Shown one piece after another: positions 46,354 to 56,945 of a stretch of DNA of 64,000 nucleotides. The position numbers and the translations under genes were made by a program. The DNA is from an uncultured Gemmatimonadales bacterium. GTDB taxonomy: Bacteria > Gemmatimonadota > Gemmatimonadetes > Gemmatimonadales > GWC2-71-9. The notes beneath the pieces were generated by a model. The model was given only the letters and a program-made list of their open reading frames with translations. It ran no database searches and had not been told where the DNA came from. Location of the stretch: positions 1,056,001-1,120,000 of the forward strand of contig CAVOGR010000001.1 of NCBI GenBank assembly GCA_963695555.1, given 5' to 3'. Every line of letters begins with the position of its first letter. Position 1 is the first letter of the stretch.

Positions 46354-47445
46354 GTGGATGAACACGGTGCGATGGACCGGGCGCTCGAGTGTGCCCGTCA
46401 AGGCTGGGGCAGGGTCCACCCTAACCCACTGTGCGGGGCGGTGGTGCTGTCAGAGGGCGTGCCGGTGGCCGAAGGGTGCCACGCGGAGTTCGGCGGGCTC
46501 CACGCCGAGCGAGTTGCTCTCGAGAAGGCGGAAGGGCGGAGCCGCCAAAGCACGTTGGTGGTTACTCTCGAGCCCTGTACCCATGAAGGCAAGCAGCCGC
46601 CGTGTGTTCCGGCAATCATTCAGGCGGGTGTGAGGCGGGTGGTCATCGCTCTCCGCGACCCCAATCCCGAGGCCGGAGGGGGGGTGGATCTCTTGCGAGC
46701 CGCTGGCCTGGACGTCGATGTGGGATTGGGCGCGGAGCAGGCAGCGGTAGACAATGCAATCTTCTTGCATCGTCACCTCGATCCGCGTCGTCCCTACATT
46801 GCTCTCAAACTCGCCACGACACTGGATGGGCGGATTGCCGATTTCAGCGGCCGCTCACGCTGGATTTCAGGGGCCGAGGCGAGAGCCTACGTTCATTGGC
46901 TCCGCGCCGGGTTCGATGCCATCGGCGTTGGAGGCCGGACGGCGCGGATGGACGATCCTTCGCTCACGGTGAGGGGTTCGATCGAGCCGCGGCGCCGTCC
47001 GGCGAGGGTCGTGTTCGATAGCCGGGCGTCCCTCCCGGGTACCCTCAGGATCGTCACGACGGCACGAGAGATTCCTACCTACTGCGTTACCAGTCCGCTG
47101 GCCGATGCGGGACGTCGTCGAGGACTCGAAGCCGCCGGTGTGCATGTCCTGGTTCCCGATTCCCTCGCCGCGGGCCTCGAGGCCTTGCGAGCGATGGGCA
47201 TCGGGTCCTTGTTGGTCGAAGGCGGGGGCAGGCTGGCGGGCGCGCTTCTCGAGGCGGATCTGGTAGACCGTTTCTATTGGATCCAGAGTCCGCTCTGGCT
47301 TGGCGACTCCGGCACGCAGGCTGTAGGCGGGTTGCCTGGGCGCAAAGTCGGGTCGGCCGACCGTTGGCACGTCGTCGACCGGCGCGCGCTGGACGAGGAC
47401 ACACTATTGGTTGTCGATCGCAAGTCATGTTTACCGGCATCATAA
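46354..47445 (+). CDS. ribD: Riboflavin biosynthesis deaminase/reductase RibD
   Basis: HAE and PC....PPC zinc motifs, KLATTLDG, SRWIS, DDPSLTVR, LVEGGG. Confidence 0.96.
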   Translation: MDEHGAMDRALECARQGWGRVHPNPLCGAVVLSEGVPVAEGCHAEFGGLHAERVALEKAEGRSRQSTLVVTLEPCTHEGKQPPCVPAIIQAGVRRVVIALRDPNPEAGGGVDLLRAAGLDVDVGLGAEQAAVDNAIFLHRHLDPRRPYIALKLATTLDGRIADFSGRSRWISGAEARAYVHWLRAGFDAIGVGGRTARMDDPSLTVRGSIEPRRRPARVVFDSRASLPGTLRIVTTAREIPTYCVTSPLADAGRRRGLEAAGVHVLVPDSLAAGLEALRAMGIGSLLVEGGGRLAGALLEADLVDRFYWIQSPLWLGDSGTQAVGGLPGRKVGSADRWHVVDRRALDEDTLLVVDRKSCLPAS

Positions 47446-48032
47446 CCGCGGTCGGTACGGTGACGGCCGTCCGTCAGTCGGAGGACGGCCTCCAACTCTC
47501 CATCTCGAGTTCGTACGATGGAACGGAGCCCGGTGAGAGTATCGCGGTGGACGGAGCCTGTCTCACGGTGGAAACCGCCACGGCGGAAGAGTTCACCGTG
47601 CACGTGATCCGGACCTCGCTCGATCGCACGCGTTTCGCCGAGTTTCGCCGCGGCCAACGGGTCAATCTGGAACGCGCGCTTCGTGCCCAGGATCGACTGG
47701 GTGGGCATATCGTGCAGGGGCATGTCGATGGCGTTGGGCGCGTCGTGGCGATCGCCGAACGTGACGATGCCCGTATCGTTGATATCGAGGTGCCGCCCGA
47801 GATCCGGGCGGTGTCCATCCCCCTCGGGTCGATCGCGGTCGATGGGGTGAGCTTGACGGTCAACGCCCTGCCGGCCCCCGGCATCATCCAGGTTTCCCTG
47901 ATTCCGTTTACTTTACAGCACACCACCTTGGGGCACCGCCTCGAGGGCGACCGCGTCCATCTCGAAGGCGACATCGTCGGCAAATACATCGCGGCGTTGG
48001 TAGAACCGTGGAAGCGGCCCCCATCGCCATGA
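47427..48032 (+). CDS. ribE: Riboflavin synthase (alpha chain)
   Basis: MFTGII start, [28 protein letters not shown]. (Called ribC in E. coli nomenclature.). Confidence 0.96.
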   Translation: MFTGIITAVGTVTAVRQSEDGLQLSISSSYDGTEPGESIAVDGACLTVETATAEEFTVHVIRTSLDRTRFAEFRRGQRVNLERALRAQDRLGGHIVQGHVDGVGRVVAIAERDDARIVDIEVPPEIRAVSIPLGSIAVDGVSLTVNALPAPGIIQVSLIPFTLQHTTLGHRLEGDRVHLEGDIVGKYIAALVEPWKRPPSP

Positions 48033-48087
48033 ACACGTGCCCAAGGCTGCGAGCCCTGGTGTAGCCGCCTTCTCCAATAGATTCCAT

Positions 48088-49293
48088 ATGCCAATTGTGC
48101 GGATCGAGCAGGCCATCGAGGACCTCAGAAACGGCAAGATCATTGTCGTTGCCGATGACGAAGACCGGGAGAACGAGGGTGACCTGGTCTGCGCCGGCGA
48201 GCTGGTCACGCCCGAGATGATCAACTTCATGACCATCCACGGCCGCGGGCTCATCTGCCTGGCCTTGACGGGGGAGCGATGCGATCAACTCGGGCTGCCG
48301 CTCATGACGGAGCGGAATACCGAGGCGCTCGGAACCGCGTTCACCGTGAGCATCGACGCCGAGCGCCGGTTTGGCGTAACGACCGGAATCTCCGCGGCGG
48401 ACCGGGCCGCCACCATTCACGTGGCGCTCAACCCCGCGACCACGCCGGCGGACCTGCGGCGGCCGGGGCACGTCTTCCCATTGCGGGCCCGACCCGGTGG
48501 CGTCCTGCAGCGTGTTGGCCAGACGGAGGCCAGCGTTGACCTCGCGCGGTTGGCCGGGCTGAACCCGGCGGGTGTCATCTGCGAGATCCTCAATCCCGAC
48601 GGCACCATGGCTCGGCGGCCTCAGCTGGCCCGCTTTGCCGCGGAGCATGGGCTCACGGCGGTGACGGTCGCAGATCTGGTGGCGTACCGCCTCCAGACCG
48701 AGCGACTGGTCCACCGCATTGCCGAGGCCCGGTTACCCACTCGCTATGGCGACTTCACCATCATCGGATACCGGAACGACGTGGACCAGGCCGAGCATGT
48801 TGCGGTCGTGCTCGGCGACGTCCGGGACGCGTCGGCCGTGCTGGTACGAATGCACTCGAAATGCCTGACGGGGGATGTGTTTGGCTCCATGCGCTGCGAT
48901 TGTGGCCCCCAACTGCAAGCCGCTTTAGACATGATTGGCCAGGCCGGCGCGGGGGTGATCGTGTATCTGGACCAGGAGGGCCGCGGCATTGGTCTCCTGA
49001 ACAAGCTCCGCGCCTACGAGGCGCAGGACCAAGGCGCCGACACGGTCGAGGCCAACCAGCAACTCGGGTTCAAACCCGATCTCAGGAACTACGGCATCGG
49101 TGCTCAGATCCTGCGCGACCTGGGTCTCTCGACCATCAGGATCATGACCAACAACCCGCTCAAGCTGGTCGGCCTGGAAGGATACGGACTCGAGATCGTC
49201 GAACGCGTCCCGCTGGTGCTCTCGCCGACGGACGAGAACCGAGAGTACCTGGACGTGAAGCGTGACAAGCTCGGCCACCTGCTGACCCACTGA
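48088..49293 (+). CDS. ribBA: Bifunctional DHBP synthase / GTP cyclohydrolase II
   Basis: [56 protein letters not shown]. Confidence 0.97.
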   Translation: MPIVRIEQAIEDLRNGKIIVVADDEDRENEGDLVCAGELVTPEMINFMTIHGRGLICLALTGERCDQLGLPLMTERNTEALGTAFTVSIDAERRFGVTTGISAADRAATIHVALNPATTPADLRRPGHVFPLRARPGGVLQRVGQTEASVDLARLAGLNPAGVICEILNPDGTMARRPQLARFAAEHGLTAVTVADLVAYRLQTERLVHRIAEARLPTRYGDFTIIGYRNDVDQAEHVAVVLGDVRDASAVLVRMHSKCLTGDVFGSMRCDCGPQLQAALDMIGQAGAGVIVYLDQEGRGIGLLNKLRAYEAQDQGADTVEANQQLGFKPDLRNYGIGAQILRDLGLSTIRIMTNNPLKLVGLEGYGLEIVERVPLVLSPTDENREYLDVKRDKLGHLLTH

Positions 49294-49294
49294 C

Positions 49295-49762
49295 GTGACC
49301 GAATACGCCGGCCAGCCGCGGCCCGTCGGTCGCATCGCGATCCTCGTCGCCCGGTACAATCAAGTCGTCACGGCCAAATTACTCGACGGCGCCCTGGCGT
49401 GTTGCGGCGAAGCCGGGATCGATGCCGACCAGGTGGACGTCATCTGGGTGCCGGGTGCCTTCGAACTCGGGGCTGCGGCGGCCGGCGCCGCGGCAACCGG
49501 GCGGTACGCCTGCCTCATCGCGCTGGGCTGCGTGATCCGCGGGGAGACGCCGCACTTTGGGTTCGTGGCGGGTGAGGCCGCTCGGGGTCTCTCGAGTGTC
49601 GCGGTCTCTCACCGCCTCCCCATCGGATTCGGCGTGCTCACCGTGGACACGATGGAGCAGGCATTGGCTCGCGCGGGCGGTGATGCCGGCAACAAGGGCA
49701 GGGAAGCGGCCGACGCGGCGCTTCGAACCGCGGATGTGCTGGAGAGGCTTACCCGTCGATGA
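49295..49762 (+). CDS. ribH: 6,7-dimethyl-8-ribityllumazine synthase
   Basis: ARYNQVVT, VPGAFEL, LGCVIRGETPHF, FGVLT, GNKG. Confidence 0.96.
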   Translation: MTEYAGQPRPVGRIAILVARYNQVVTAKLLDGALACCGEAGIDADQVDVIWVPGAFELGAAAAGAAATGRYACLIALGCVIRGETPHFGFVAGEAARGLSSVAVSHRLPIGFGVLTVDTMEQALARAGGDAGNKGREAADAALRTADVLERLTRR

Positions 49763-50184
49763 CCCTGCGGCCCGAGACCCGTGCGCGGGCGCGCGCGTTG
49801 CAGCTCTTGTACGCCTGGGAAATCCAATCGCACCCGCCGATGGCGGAGGTTGCCTCCCTCGCCGCGCGGTTCAGCGGGCCTGGCGGCGGGAGCCTGACCA
49901 CGCTCGAACGGGCCGAGACCCTCGCGACGGCCGTGGCCGACGATCGAGCGGCACTCGACGAGCTAGCGGGACGGGCCGCCGAACACTGGCGACTCGAGCG
50001 GATGGCGGTGGTGGAGCGGAACATCCTGCGCTTGGGAATCCACGAACTGCGACTGGGAACCGCCCCACCCAAGGTCGTGATTGACGAAGCACTGCGCCTC
50101 GCGCATTGGTTTGGCGGAGCGCAAGCCTCCGCGTTCATCAACGGGATCTTGGATCGTATCGCCCACGACCTGGGCCTCCTGTGA
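49759..50184 (+). CDS. nusB: Transcription antitermination factor NusB
   Basis: RARARALQLLY, WRLERMAVVERNILRL, VVIDEA, FINGILD. Follows ribH. Confidence 0.95.
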   Translation: MTLRPETRARARALQLLYAWEIQSHPPMAEVASLAARFSGPGGGSLTTLERAETLATAVADDRAALDELAGRAAEHWRLERMAVVERNILRLGIHELRLGTAPPKVVIDEALRLAHWFGGAQASAFINGILDRIAHDLGLL

Positions 50185-51311
50185 ACATCCTCCTGGTCAA
50201 CTGGCAGGATCTGGAGCATCCAGAAGCGGGCGGGGCGGAAATCCACCTCTTCGAGATCTTCGGGCGACTGGCCGAGCGCGGACATCGGGTGCGGCTGGTT
50301 TGCGCGGGGTGGCGCGGTGCGGTGCCGAGGGCATCGCTTCGTGGAATCGCGGTTGAGCGCTCCGGCACCCGAAACACCTTTGCGCTCGTCGGACGGCGTG
50401 CGGTGCGGCGGGCGATCGCCCGGGAGCGTCCCGATATCGTCGTCGAGGACATCAACAAGCTGCCGCTCTACCTCGCGTGGCTCACGAACCTGCCGCTGTG
50501 CGTGATCGTTCCCCATCTCTTCGGGACAACGGCCTTTCGCGAAGCGGCTTGGCCGGTCGCGGCCGCGGTATGGCTCAGCGAACGCCCCATCCCGCTGGTC
50601 TATCGTCGGGCGGGCTTCCACGCCATCAGCGAGAGCACCAGGGACGACTTGGTGCGGCGCGGTGTTGCGCGCGAGCGGATTCGCGTGATTCATCCCGGCG
50701 TCGACACGGCCCACTACACGCCGGATCCAGCGGTGCCACGGGCCACGCCCCCGGCCTTCCTGTACGTTGGGCGGCTGAAGCGTTATAAAGGAGTGGAGAC
50801 GGCGATTCGTGCCCTGGCCCTGGCCCGGGCCCAGGCACCGGGGTTGGTCCTCCACGTCGCCGGGGATGGAGACGATCGAGCCCGGCTGGAGGGGTTGGCG
50901 GAGGGCCTCGGCGTCTCGGCCGGGGTTAAATTCCACGGGCGTGTCAGCGAGGCGGAGAAGATACGGCTGTTCCAAAGCTGCTGGGCCAACGTGTTTCCCT
51001 CACCCAAGGAGGGGTGGGGTATCACGATCATGGAGGCGGCTGCTTGTGGCACGCCGTCGCTCGCGTCCGACAGCCCCGGACTTCGGGATTCGGTGCGCGA
51101 CGGGGTGACCGGCGTGCTCGTTCCGCATGGGGACGACGCGGCTCTGGCGCGCCGCATGCTCGAGTTTGCGGCCGATCCCGACCTCGTTACCCGCTTGGGC
51201 CTGGCCGCACGCCGACATGCAGAGCAGCTGAGCTGGGACGATGCCGCCAACCATACGGCGGGCCATCTGGAGGCGCTGATCGACAGTGGCCCATCCGCTA
51301 GGACAGCATGA
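50181..51311 (+). CDS. GT4 family glycosyltransferase
   Basis: GTG 50181. Motifs NWQDLEHPEAGGAE, YVGRLKRYKG, EGWGITIMEAAACGTP (EX7E). Confidence 0.92.
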   Translation: MNILLVNWQDLEHPEAGGAEIHLFEIFGRLAERGHRVRLVCAGWRGAVPRASLRGIAVERSGTRNTFALVGRRAVRRAIARERPDIVVEDINKLPLYLAWLTNLPLCVIVPHLFGTTAFREAAWPVAAAVWLSERPIPLVYRRAGFHAISESTRDDLVRRGVARERIRVIHPGVDTAHYTPDPAVPRATPPAFLYVGRLKRYKGVETAIRALALARAQAPGLVLHVAGDGDDRARLEGLAEGLGVSAGVKFHGRVSEAEKIRLFQSCWANVFPSPKEGWGITIMEAAACGTPSLASDSPGLRDSVRDGVTGVLVPHGDDAALARRMLEFAADPDLVTRLGLAARRHAEQLSWDDAANHTAGHLEALIDSGPSARTA

Positions 51312-51324
51312 GGAGACAGCGCGG

Positions 51325-51639
51325 ATGCACGTGACCATTACCGCCAGACATTGTGACATTCCCGACGCCCTCAGAACGCGCGCCGAAAGCGTCATGGACC
51401 GCCTGGGCAACTACGGCCTGGAGTTGGCGGAGGGGGCGGTCATCTTTGACGTCGAGGCGTTGCGCCAACGGGCGGAAGTCCGCCTGCGCGCCACGACTGG
51501 CGAAATGGTCGTCGCCAAGGACGACGGTCCCGACCATCGAACCGCGCTCGATCGTGCGGAAGAGAAACTCAAACGACAATTGAAAAAGGTCGCCCACCGG
51601 ATTCGTGATCGCAGGCGGCCTGAGGCCGACGCAGTGTGA
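51325..51639 (+). CDS. hpf: Ribosome hibernation factor HPF/RaiA (short form)
   Basis: SD AGGAG. MHVTITARHCDIPDALR...ALDRAEEKLKRQLKK. Confidence 0.85.
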   Translation: MHVTITARHCDIPDALRTRAESVMDRLGNYGLELAEGAVIFDVEALRQRAEVRLRATTGEMVVAKDDGPDHRTALDRAEEKLKRQLKKVAHRIRDRRRPEADAV

Positions 51640-52601
51640 CACTCCGCATCCGAGAACTGCTCGAGCGGGGCGGCGATTCGCTCCAGCTCGAGACGCTGAC
51701 CGGGGACACCGGATTGGACGGCTTCCTGCCCGACCAGGAGATCGCGAGCCCCGGTTTGGTCCTCGCGGGGTTCACGGACCGTTTTTCCCCCAATCGTATG
51801 CATGTGTTGGGGGAAACCGAGGTGTCGTACCTCAACTCACTGTCCGCCGAGGAGCGTCGCAAGAAGCTCGAGACGTTCTTCGGCTTCGACCTGCCGGTCG
51901 TGTTCATTACCAAGGGTCAGGATGTGCCGCCCGAGATGCTGCAACTCGCGGCGGAGCGGCGCACCGCCGTGCTTCGTACCAAGCTCAAGACGGCGGAGTT
52001 CTTCCGGCGTATCAAGCCCATCATCGAGCAGGCCTTCGCGCCTCGGACTACGGTACACGGATCGATGGCGGACGTGTACGGCGTCGGCCTCCTGTTCGTG
52101 GGGCGCTCGGGCATCGGCAAGAGCGAGTGTGTGCTGGACTTGGTGGAGCGAGGGCACCGGCTCGTGGCCGACGACGTCGTGATGATCTCGCGCCGCGGCA
52201 ACGACGTGCTCATCGCTCAGGGGCACGAATTGGCCCGTCACCATATGGAAATCCGAGGAATCGGGTTGGTGGACGTTCCGTCCCTCTTTGGGATTCGCGC
52301 CGTCCGCCAGCAAAAGCGTATCGAGGTGGTGGTGCAGCTCGAGGACTGGGACACCGCCAAGGACGCCGACCGCACGGGCTTGGCGCGCCAGGAAACGGTC
52401 ATTCTGGGGGTTGCGCTGCCCAAAGTGATGGTACCACTCAACCCGGGAAAGAACCTCACCGTCATCTCCGAAGTGGTGGCCATGCTCCACCTCCTCCGAT
52501 ATTCCGGCGTCGACGTGGCCACGGCCTTCAATGAGCGCCTCATCCGGCGCATGACCGAACAGCGCGGCATCAGAGAGTATCTCCAGGAAGACTATGAGTA
52601 A
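51636..52601 (+). CDS. hprK: HPr(Ser) kinase/phosphorylase, full length
   Basis: PGLVLAGF, LGETE, HGSMADVYGVG, GRSGIGKSE, LVADDVV, MEIRGIG, PGKNL. Confidence 0.97.
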   Translation: MTLRIRELLERGGDSLQLETLTGDTGLDGFLPDQEIASPGLVLAGFTDRFSPNRMHVLGETEVSYLNSLSAEERRKKLETFFGFDLPVVFITKGQDVPPEMLQLAAERRTAVLRTKLKTAEFFRRIKPIIEQAFAPRTTVHGSMADVYGVGLLFVGRSGIGKSECVLDLVERGHRLVADDVVMISRRGNDVLIAQGHELARHHMEIRGIGLVDVPSLFGIRAVRQQKRIEVVVQLEDWDTAKDADRTGLARQETVILGVALPKVMVPLNPGKNLTVISEVVAMLHLLRYSGVDVATAFNERLIRRMTEQRGIREYLQEDYE

Positions 52602-52968
52602 CGACCTCCGGGGTGTGGTGGTTGCACATGGCCGGATTGCGGAGGCCTTGGTGTCGGCGGCGGAGGGGATCAGCGGCGTCACGGACGTGCTAGTCCCGGT
52701 CTCCAACGACGGCTGCGATCGAGATCGCCTGGAAGAACGGATCGCCGAGGCCATCGACAGCCATCCATCGGTGGTGTTCGTCGACTTGCCGAGCGGGTCG
52801 TGTCTCGTGGCCGTCCTGCACCGCTTTCGCGGAGAGCTGAACGTGAAGGTCGTGACCGGGGTCAATCTGGCGATGTTGCTCGATTTCCTGTTTCACCGGG
52901 AGCTGCCCCTGCCCGAGGTAGCGGAGCACGTGGCCAGTCGTGGGTCCGGAGCGATTCGCGTTACCTGA
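52594..52968 (+). CDS. PTS mannose-family EIIA
   Basis: GVVVAHG (phospho-His), VDLPSGS, TGVNLAML. Confidence 0.9.
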   Translation: MSNDLRGVVVAHGRIAEALVSAAEGISGVTDVLVPVSNDGCDRDRLEERIAEAIDSHPSVVFVDLPSGSCLVAVLHRFRGELNVKVVTGVNLAMLLDFLFHRELPLPEVAEHVASRGSGAIRVT

Positions 52969-53441
52969 TGTCCATCGTTCTCTACCGGATTGATGACCGG
53001 CTGATCCATGGCCAAGTAGTCATTGGCTGGGGTCGCCCGTTAGGAGCGGAGTTCATCGTGCTGGTGGATCCGGAGGTTAGCGGCAGCGAATGGGAGCAAG
53101 ACCTGTATCGCATGGCGGTGCCTCGCTCGGTGGACATCATCTTTGCCGATGTCGAGGAGGCGCGCCGGCGGCTTCCCGAATGGCAGGCCGACCGGCGAAG
53201 GGGCATGCTCTTGACCGGCACCGTCGCCGCAATGGCCGCGGTATGCCAGAACGGAACCGGCATTCCGAAGATCAACCTCGGCGGGATTCACCACCGCCCG
53301 GGCCGCCGGCAGCGACTGCCGTATGTGTTTCTCACCGACGATGAGTACCAGACCTTGATCGACTTGCAACAGCAGGGACCCAAGATCGTCGCGCAGGATG
53401 TTCCGACGGCGAAGGCCATCGGATTGGACGACCTCGCGTGA
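52968..53441 (+). CDS. PTS mannose/sorbose-family EIIB
   Basis: ATG 52968. Motifs RIDDRLIHGQVVIGW, INLGG, QDVP. Confidence 0.93.
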   Translation: MSIVLYRIDDRLIHGQVVIGWGRPLGAEFIVLVDPEVSGSEWEQDLYRMAVPRSVDIIFADVEEARRRLPEWQADRRRGMLLTGTVAAMAAVCQNGTGIPKINLGGIHHRPGRRQRLPYVFLTDDEYQTLIDLQQQGPKIVAQDVPTAKAIGLDDLA

Positions 53442-54121
53442 TCGAGGGCATCGGGATCGCGACGCTCGTGCTTCTCGCGCTCTGGGGAGCGGTCGCCGGC
53501 ATCGATCTGGTGAGCGTGCCGCAGTTCATGATGTCGCGGCCGCTGGTCGTCGGGGTTGTGGCCGGGGCGATCGTGGGCGACCCGATGGCGGGACTCCGGG
53601 TTGGCGTCGTGCTCGAGCTGTTTGCCCTGGATGTTCTTCCGGTCGGCGCAGCCAGGTATCCGGACTACGGGGCCGCGACGATCGGGGCGGTGCTGATTGT
53701 CGCCGGCGGGCCGTGGGTGTCGGGCGTCGGTCTCGGCGTTGCGACAGGATTGGTCATTGCTGCGCTCGGTGGCTGGACCTTGCCGGTCCTGCGCCGGGCC
53801 AACGCAGCGGCCATCGCGGGCCGGCTCGACGCCCTGCAGGCCGGCGATTCCGCGACGATCCGGGCCCTGCAGTATGCCGGACTCGCGCGGGACGCGCTTC
53901 GAAGCGGGCTCCTCGTCGTCGTGGCCATCAGCGCCGCCCTGCTGATCCGTCACCTGCAACCGCTCGGCGACGAGGCGGCGCTAGCGCTCACGGTCGCGGT
54001 CATTGGGGCAGGTTTGGCGAGCGCTCTCGCAGGAGCAATGCGTACCGCCGGCCGGAGCGTTCGGGTCCGATGGCTGATGGCGGGCCTGGCGACGGGTATT
54101 GCGGTGGCCCTCGCATGGTGA
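53438..54121 (+). CDS. PTS mannose-family EIIC
   Basis: Polytopic membrane protein with SRPLVVG, ELFAL, PVGAARYPD. Confidence 0.88.
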   Translation: MIEGIGIATLVLLALWGAVAGIDLVSVPQFMMSRPLVVGVVAGAIVGDPMAGLRVGVVLELFALDVLPVGAARYPDYGAATIGAVLIVAGGPWVSGVGLGVATGLVIAALGGWTLPVLRRANAAAIAGRLDALQAGDSATIRALQYAGLARDALRSGLLVVVAISAALLIRHLQPLGDEAALALTVAVIGAGLASALAGAMRTAGRSVRVRWLMAGLATGIAVALAW

Positions 54122-54852
54122 GGGGGTTGGGCAGCGCGTTCACCCGTCTGTTCGCCGTGCAGGCCTCGTGGAATTACGAGCGCATGCTCGGGATCGGGAT
54201 GGGGTACGCCGCCGAGCCGCTCCTTCGGGAAATGAAATCGACCGACGCTCCTCGTCATGCCGACGCGGTGCGGCGATCCGCGGAATTCTTCAACTGCCAT
54301 CCGTATCTGGCCGGATTGGCGCTGGGTGCGACGGTCGCGGCGGAGTACGCGGGGGAACCCGAGGACCGGATTCAACGTCTGCGCACCGCACTGTGCGGTA
54401 CGCTCGGAGCCCTGGGCGATCACCTGTTTTGGGCCGGCCTGCTTCCCGCCCTGATGGGAATGGCCTTGATCGTGGCGGTGCTGTGGAATCCCTGGTGGGG
54501 GCTCGGGCTGTTCCTGGTCGGGTACAACGGATGCCGGGTCGTGGTGGGGTGGTGGGGGCTGAGGACCGGATTGGCGGGCGGCATGCGCGTTGGGCAGGCG
54601 ATTGCGACGTCGTGGATTCCACGGGCGCGGTTCGTGGTGGGTTTGGCGGCGGGGTTCATGGTGGGGTTGGCGGTGCCGCTGGTCGGCAGGTTCCAGCTTG
54701 CCGACTTACCGCGGCCTGCCGCCGTGGTCGCCATCGCCGTGGCGGTGTTGGGCCTGGGCTTGGCCTATCGGTTCGGCGCGACGTTCCGTGGGGTGCGCTA
54801 CGGCTTGTTCGTGGTTGGCGTGGTGCTTCTCTATTATGGGATCATGCCATGA
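54115..54852 (+). CDS. PTS mannose-family EIID
   Basis: ATG 54115. Motifs QASWNYERM, FFNCHPY, LGALGDHLFW. Confidence 0.9.
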   Translation: MVRGLGSAFTRLFAVQASWNYERMLGIGMGYAAEPLLREMKSTDAPRHADAVRRSAEFFNCHPYLAGLALGATVAAEYAGEPEDRIQRLRTALCGTLGALGDHLFWAGLLPALMGMALIVAVLWNPWWGLGLFLVGYNGCRVVVGWWGLRTGLAGGMRVGQAIATSWIPRARFVVGLAAGFMVGLAVPLVGRFQLADLPRPAAVVAIAVAVLGLGLAYRFGATFRGVRYGLFVVGVVLLYYGIMP

Positions 54853-55112
54853 TCGAGCGCACCGCCCTCATCGTCAACGCGCTCGGACTCCACGCGAGGC
54901 CCGCGGCCCAAATCGTGAAGCTGGCGAGCGAGTTCGCATCGCACGTCGAGGTGGAAAAGGACTCGTTCGCGGTGAACTGCAAGAGCATCATGGGCGTCAT
55001 GATGCTGGCCGCCGAGAAGGGCAGCACGTTGAATTTCCGGGCCGAGGGGCCCGATGAGACCGCAGCGGTCGACGCCTTGGTGAACCTGGTTGCAACTGGA
55101 TTCGGGGAATGA
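54849..55112 (+). CDS. ptsH: Phosphocarrier protein HPr
   Basis: NALGLHARPAA (His15), KSIMGVMML (Ser46), GFGE. Confidence 0.97.
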   Translation: MIERTALIVNALGLHARPAAQIVKLASEFASHVEVEKDSFAVNCKSIMGVMMLAAEKGSTLNFRAEGPDETAAVDALVNLVATGFGE

Positions 55113-56917
55113 CGAATCGCAGGCTCGAACTCTCCGGCATCGGCGTCTCACCCGGGATTGCCTTTGGGTCGGCCCTGGTCGTCCGTTGGGATTTCCCCGA
55201 CGTGCCCGACCGTGGGATTACCAAGGACGAGGTGCCCGGCGAGATTGCGCGGTTTCGTCGTGCGATCGATGAAGTCGCTCAGAGCCTGGCCGAACTCAGG
55301 GATCGGGTGGCGGAGCGGGCCGGGCCGGAGGAGTCTCGGATCTTCGACGCGCAGATCCTCATGGCCCAGGACCACGAGTACGTGGAGAGTGTTGAAGCGC
55401 TCATCCGAAACAACCTCCTCAGTGCCGAAACGGCATTTGAATTCAAGTCGCTCGAGCTACGGGAAGCATGGGCCGGCGCCCAGCATTTACGGGAGCGCCT
55501 GACCGATCTGACAGCGGTGCAACGGCATGTTCTGTACCGACTGCTGGGACGGGCAGAAGATGACCGGTGGGCGAACACCCTCGATGAGCCGGTGATCGTG
55601 GTGGCGCGGGAGCTGTCGCCTGGGGTCACAGTCCAGCTGGATCGTGAACATGTGGTCGGACTCGTGTCCGAACAGGGTACCAGAACGTCTCACGCGGCGA
55701 TCCTGGCGCACTCGCTCGGCATCCCGGCCGTGATGGGAGTGGCGGATGCGCTGGAACACGTCCGTGATGGCGCCGTGGTCTTGCTGGACGGGCGGCAGGG
55801 GACCGTCCTGCTCGATCCTACGCCGTCGGATATGGATACGGCGCGCACTCGGCTGAGCCGCCGGCACCGCCTTGCGCTCGAGCTGGAGGTCGCGGCCAGC
55901 GAGCCGGCCATCACGCCGGACGGCGTGGAATTGACCTTGATGGGGAACGTCGACTTGCCCGAAGAAATCGAGTCGGCGGTGCGCAACGGGGCCCGGGGCG
56001 TCGGGCTGGTGCGGACGGAGTTCCTCCTGACCGGACGGGCCGAGCTCCCCAGCGAAGATGAGCAATTTGCCTACTTCCGACGAATGGCGGATGCCTTTCG
56101 TCATGACCCGGTCGTCATCCGCGCTTTCGATCTCGGTGGCGATAAGTTCCCGGTATCGTTCAAAGTGGCAAGCGAGGCGAACCCGTTTCTTGGATGGCGG
56201 TCCATCCGTGTGTGTCTGGACGAGGAAGAAGTATTTCGGCCGCAGCTTCGTGCCGTGCTGCGGGCTGCGGTGGATCGCAACATCCACTTGATGCTGCCGC
56301 TCGTGACCCGGATCGAGGAAGTCTTACAGTCGCGCGCGCTCCTGAATGAGGAAGCGCAAGCCCTGGCGGCGGAGGGGGTGCCGGCGGCAATCTCGGTGCC
56401 GGTGGGTGTGATGGTGGAGACCCCGGCCGCGGTGATCATGGCCGACGAATTAGCCGAAGTGAGTGATTTCTTCAGTGTGGGCACCAACGATCTCACCCAG
56501 TACACCCTGGCGGCGGATCGCGGCAATGCCCGCCTCGCCCGCAAGTTCACCGCGTATCACCCGGCTATCATTCGCCAACTCAAGCAGGTCCAGGCTGCCG
56601 GCGAGCGCCAACACATTCCAGTGAGCGTTTGTGGGGAGATCGCGTCAGAACCTCTGGCCGCCGTGCTCTTGATTGGGTTGGGATACCGGAGCCTCAGCGT
56701 ATCGCCGCCGGAGCTGCCGCTGGTCAAGTGGACCGTGCGCCGCGTTCCAGTCGAAGCGGCAGAGCGGGCGGCTCGGCGAGCCCTCGAGGCCCGCACCACG
56801 GATGAAGTGCGTGACGTGGTCCAGGCAGAGTGCGGTTCCTACTTGGACCTGCGACTGCTCGAAACCCTCAACGCGTTGCCCGGCATGCAGAAACTCGCTA
56901 GCTTGCCGTCGCAATGA
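55109..56917 (+). CDS. ptsI: PTS enzyme I
   Basis: [63 protein letters not shown]. No N-terminal GAF domain. Confidence 0.96.
   Translation: MTNRRLELSGIGVSPGIAFGSALVVRWDFPDVPDRGITKDEVPGEIARFRRAIDEVAQSLAELRDRVAERAGPEESRIFDAQILMAQDHEYVESVEALIRNNLLSAETAFEFKSLELREAWAGAQHLRERLTDLTAVQRHVLYRLLGRAEDDRWANTLDEPVIVVARELSPGVTVQLDREHVVGLVSEQGTRTSHAAILAHSLGIPAVMGVADALEHVRDGAVVLLDGRQGTVLLDPTPSDMDTARTRLSRRHRLALELEVAASEPAITPDGVELTLMGNVDLPEEIESAVRNGARGVGLVRTEFLLTGRAELPSEDEQFAYFRRMADAFRHDPVVIRAFDLGGDKFPVSFKVASEANPFLGWRSIRVCLDEEEVFRPQLRAVLRAAVDRNIHLMLPLVTRIEEVLQSRALLNEEAQALAAEGVPAAISVPVGVMVETPAAVIMADELAEVSDFFSVGTNDLTQYTLAADRGNARLARKFTAYHPAIIRQLKQVQAAGERQHIPVSVCGEIASEPLAAVLLIGLGYRSLSVSPPELPLVKWTVRRVPVEAAERAARRALEARTTDEVRDVVQAECGSYLDLRLLETLNALPGMQKLASLPSQ
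56876..56904 (+). promoter_or_regulatory. Putative sigma70 promoter for metK, inside the ptsI 3' end
   Basis: TTGCCC-17 nt-TAGCTT. Confidence 0.45.
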
Positions 56918-56945
56918 TTCCCCTCACCCTCTTCACGTTGCTCCT

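Noticed and set aside
54480..54840. G-run-rich stretch suggesting a G-quadruplex
   Set aside because: Explained by Gly/Val/Trp codons of the EIID transmembrane helices.
56918..56945. SAM riboswitch ahead of metK
   Set aside because: Only 28 nt, with no SAM-I/II motifs.
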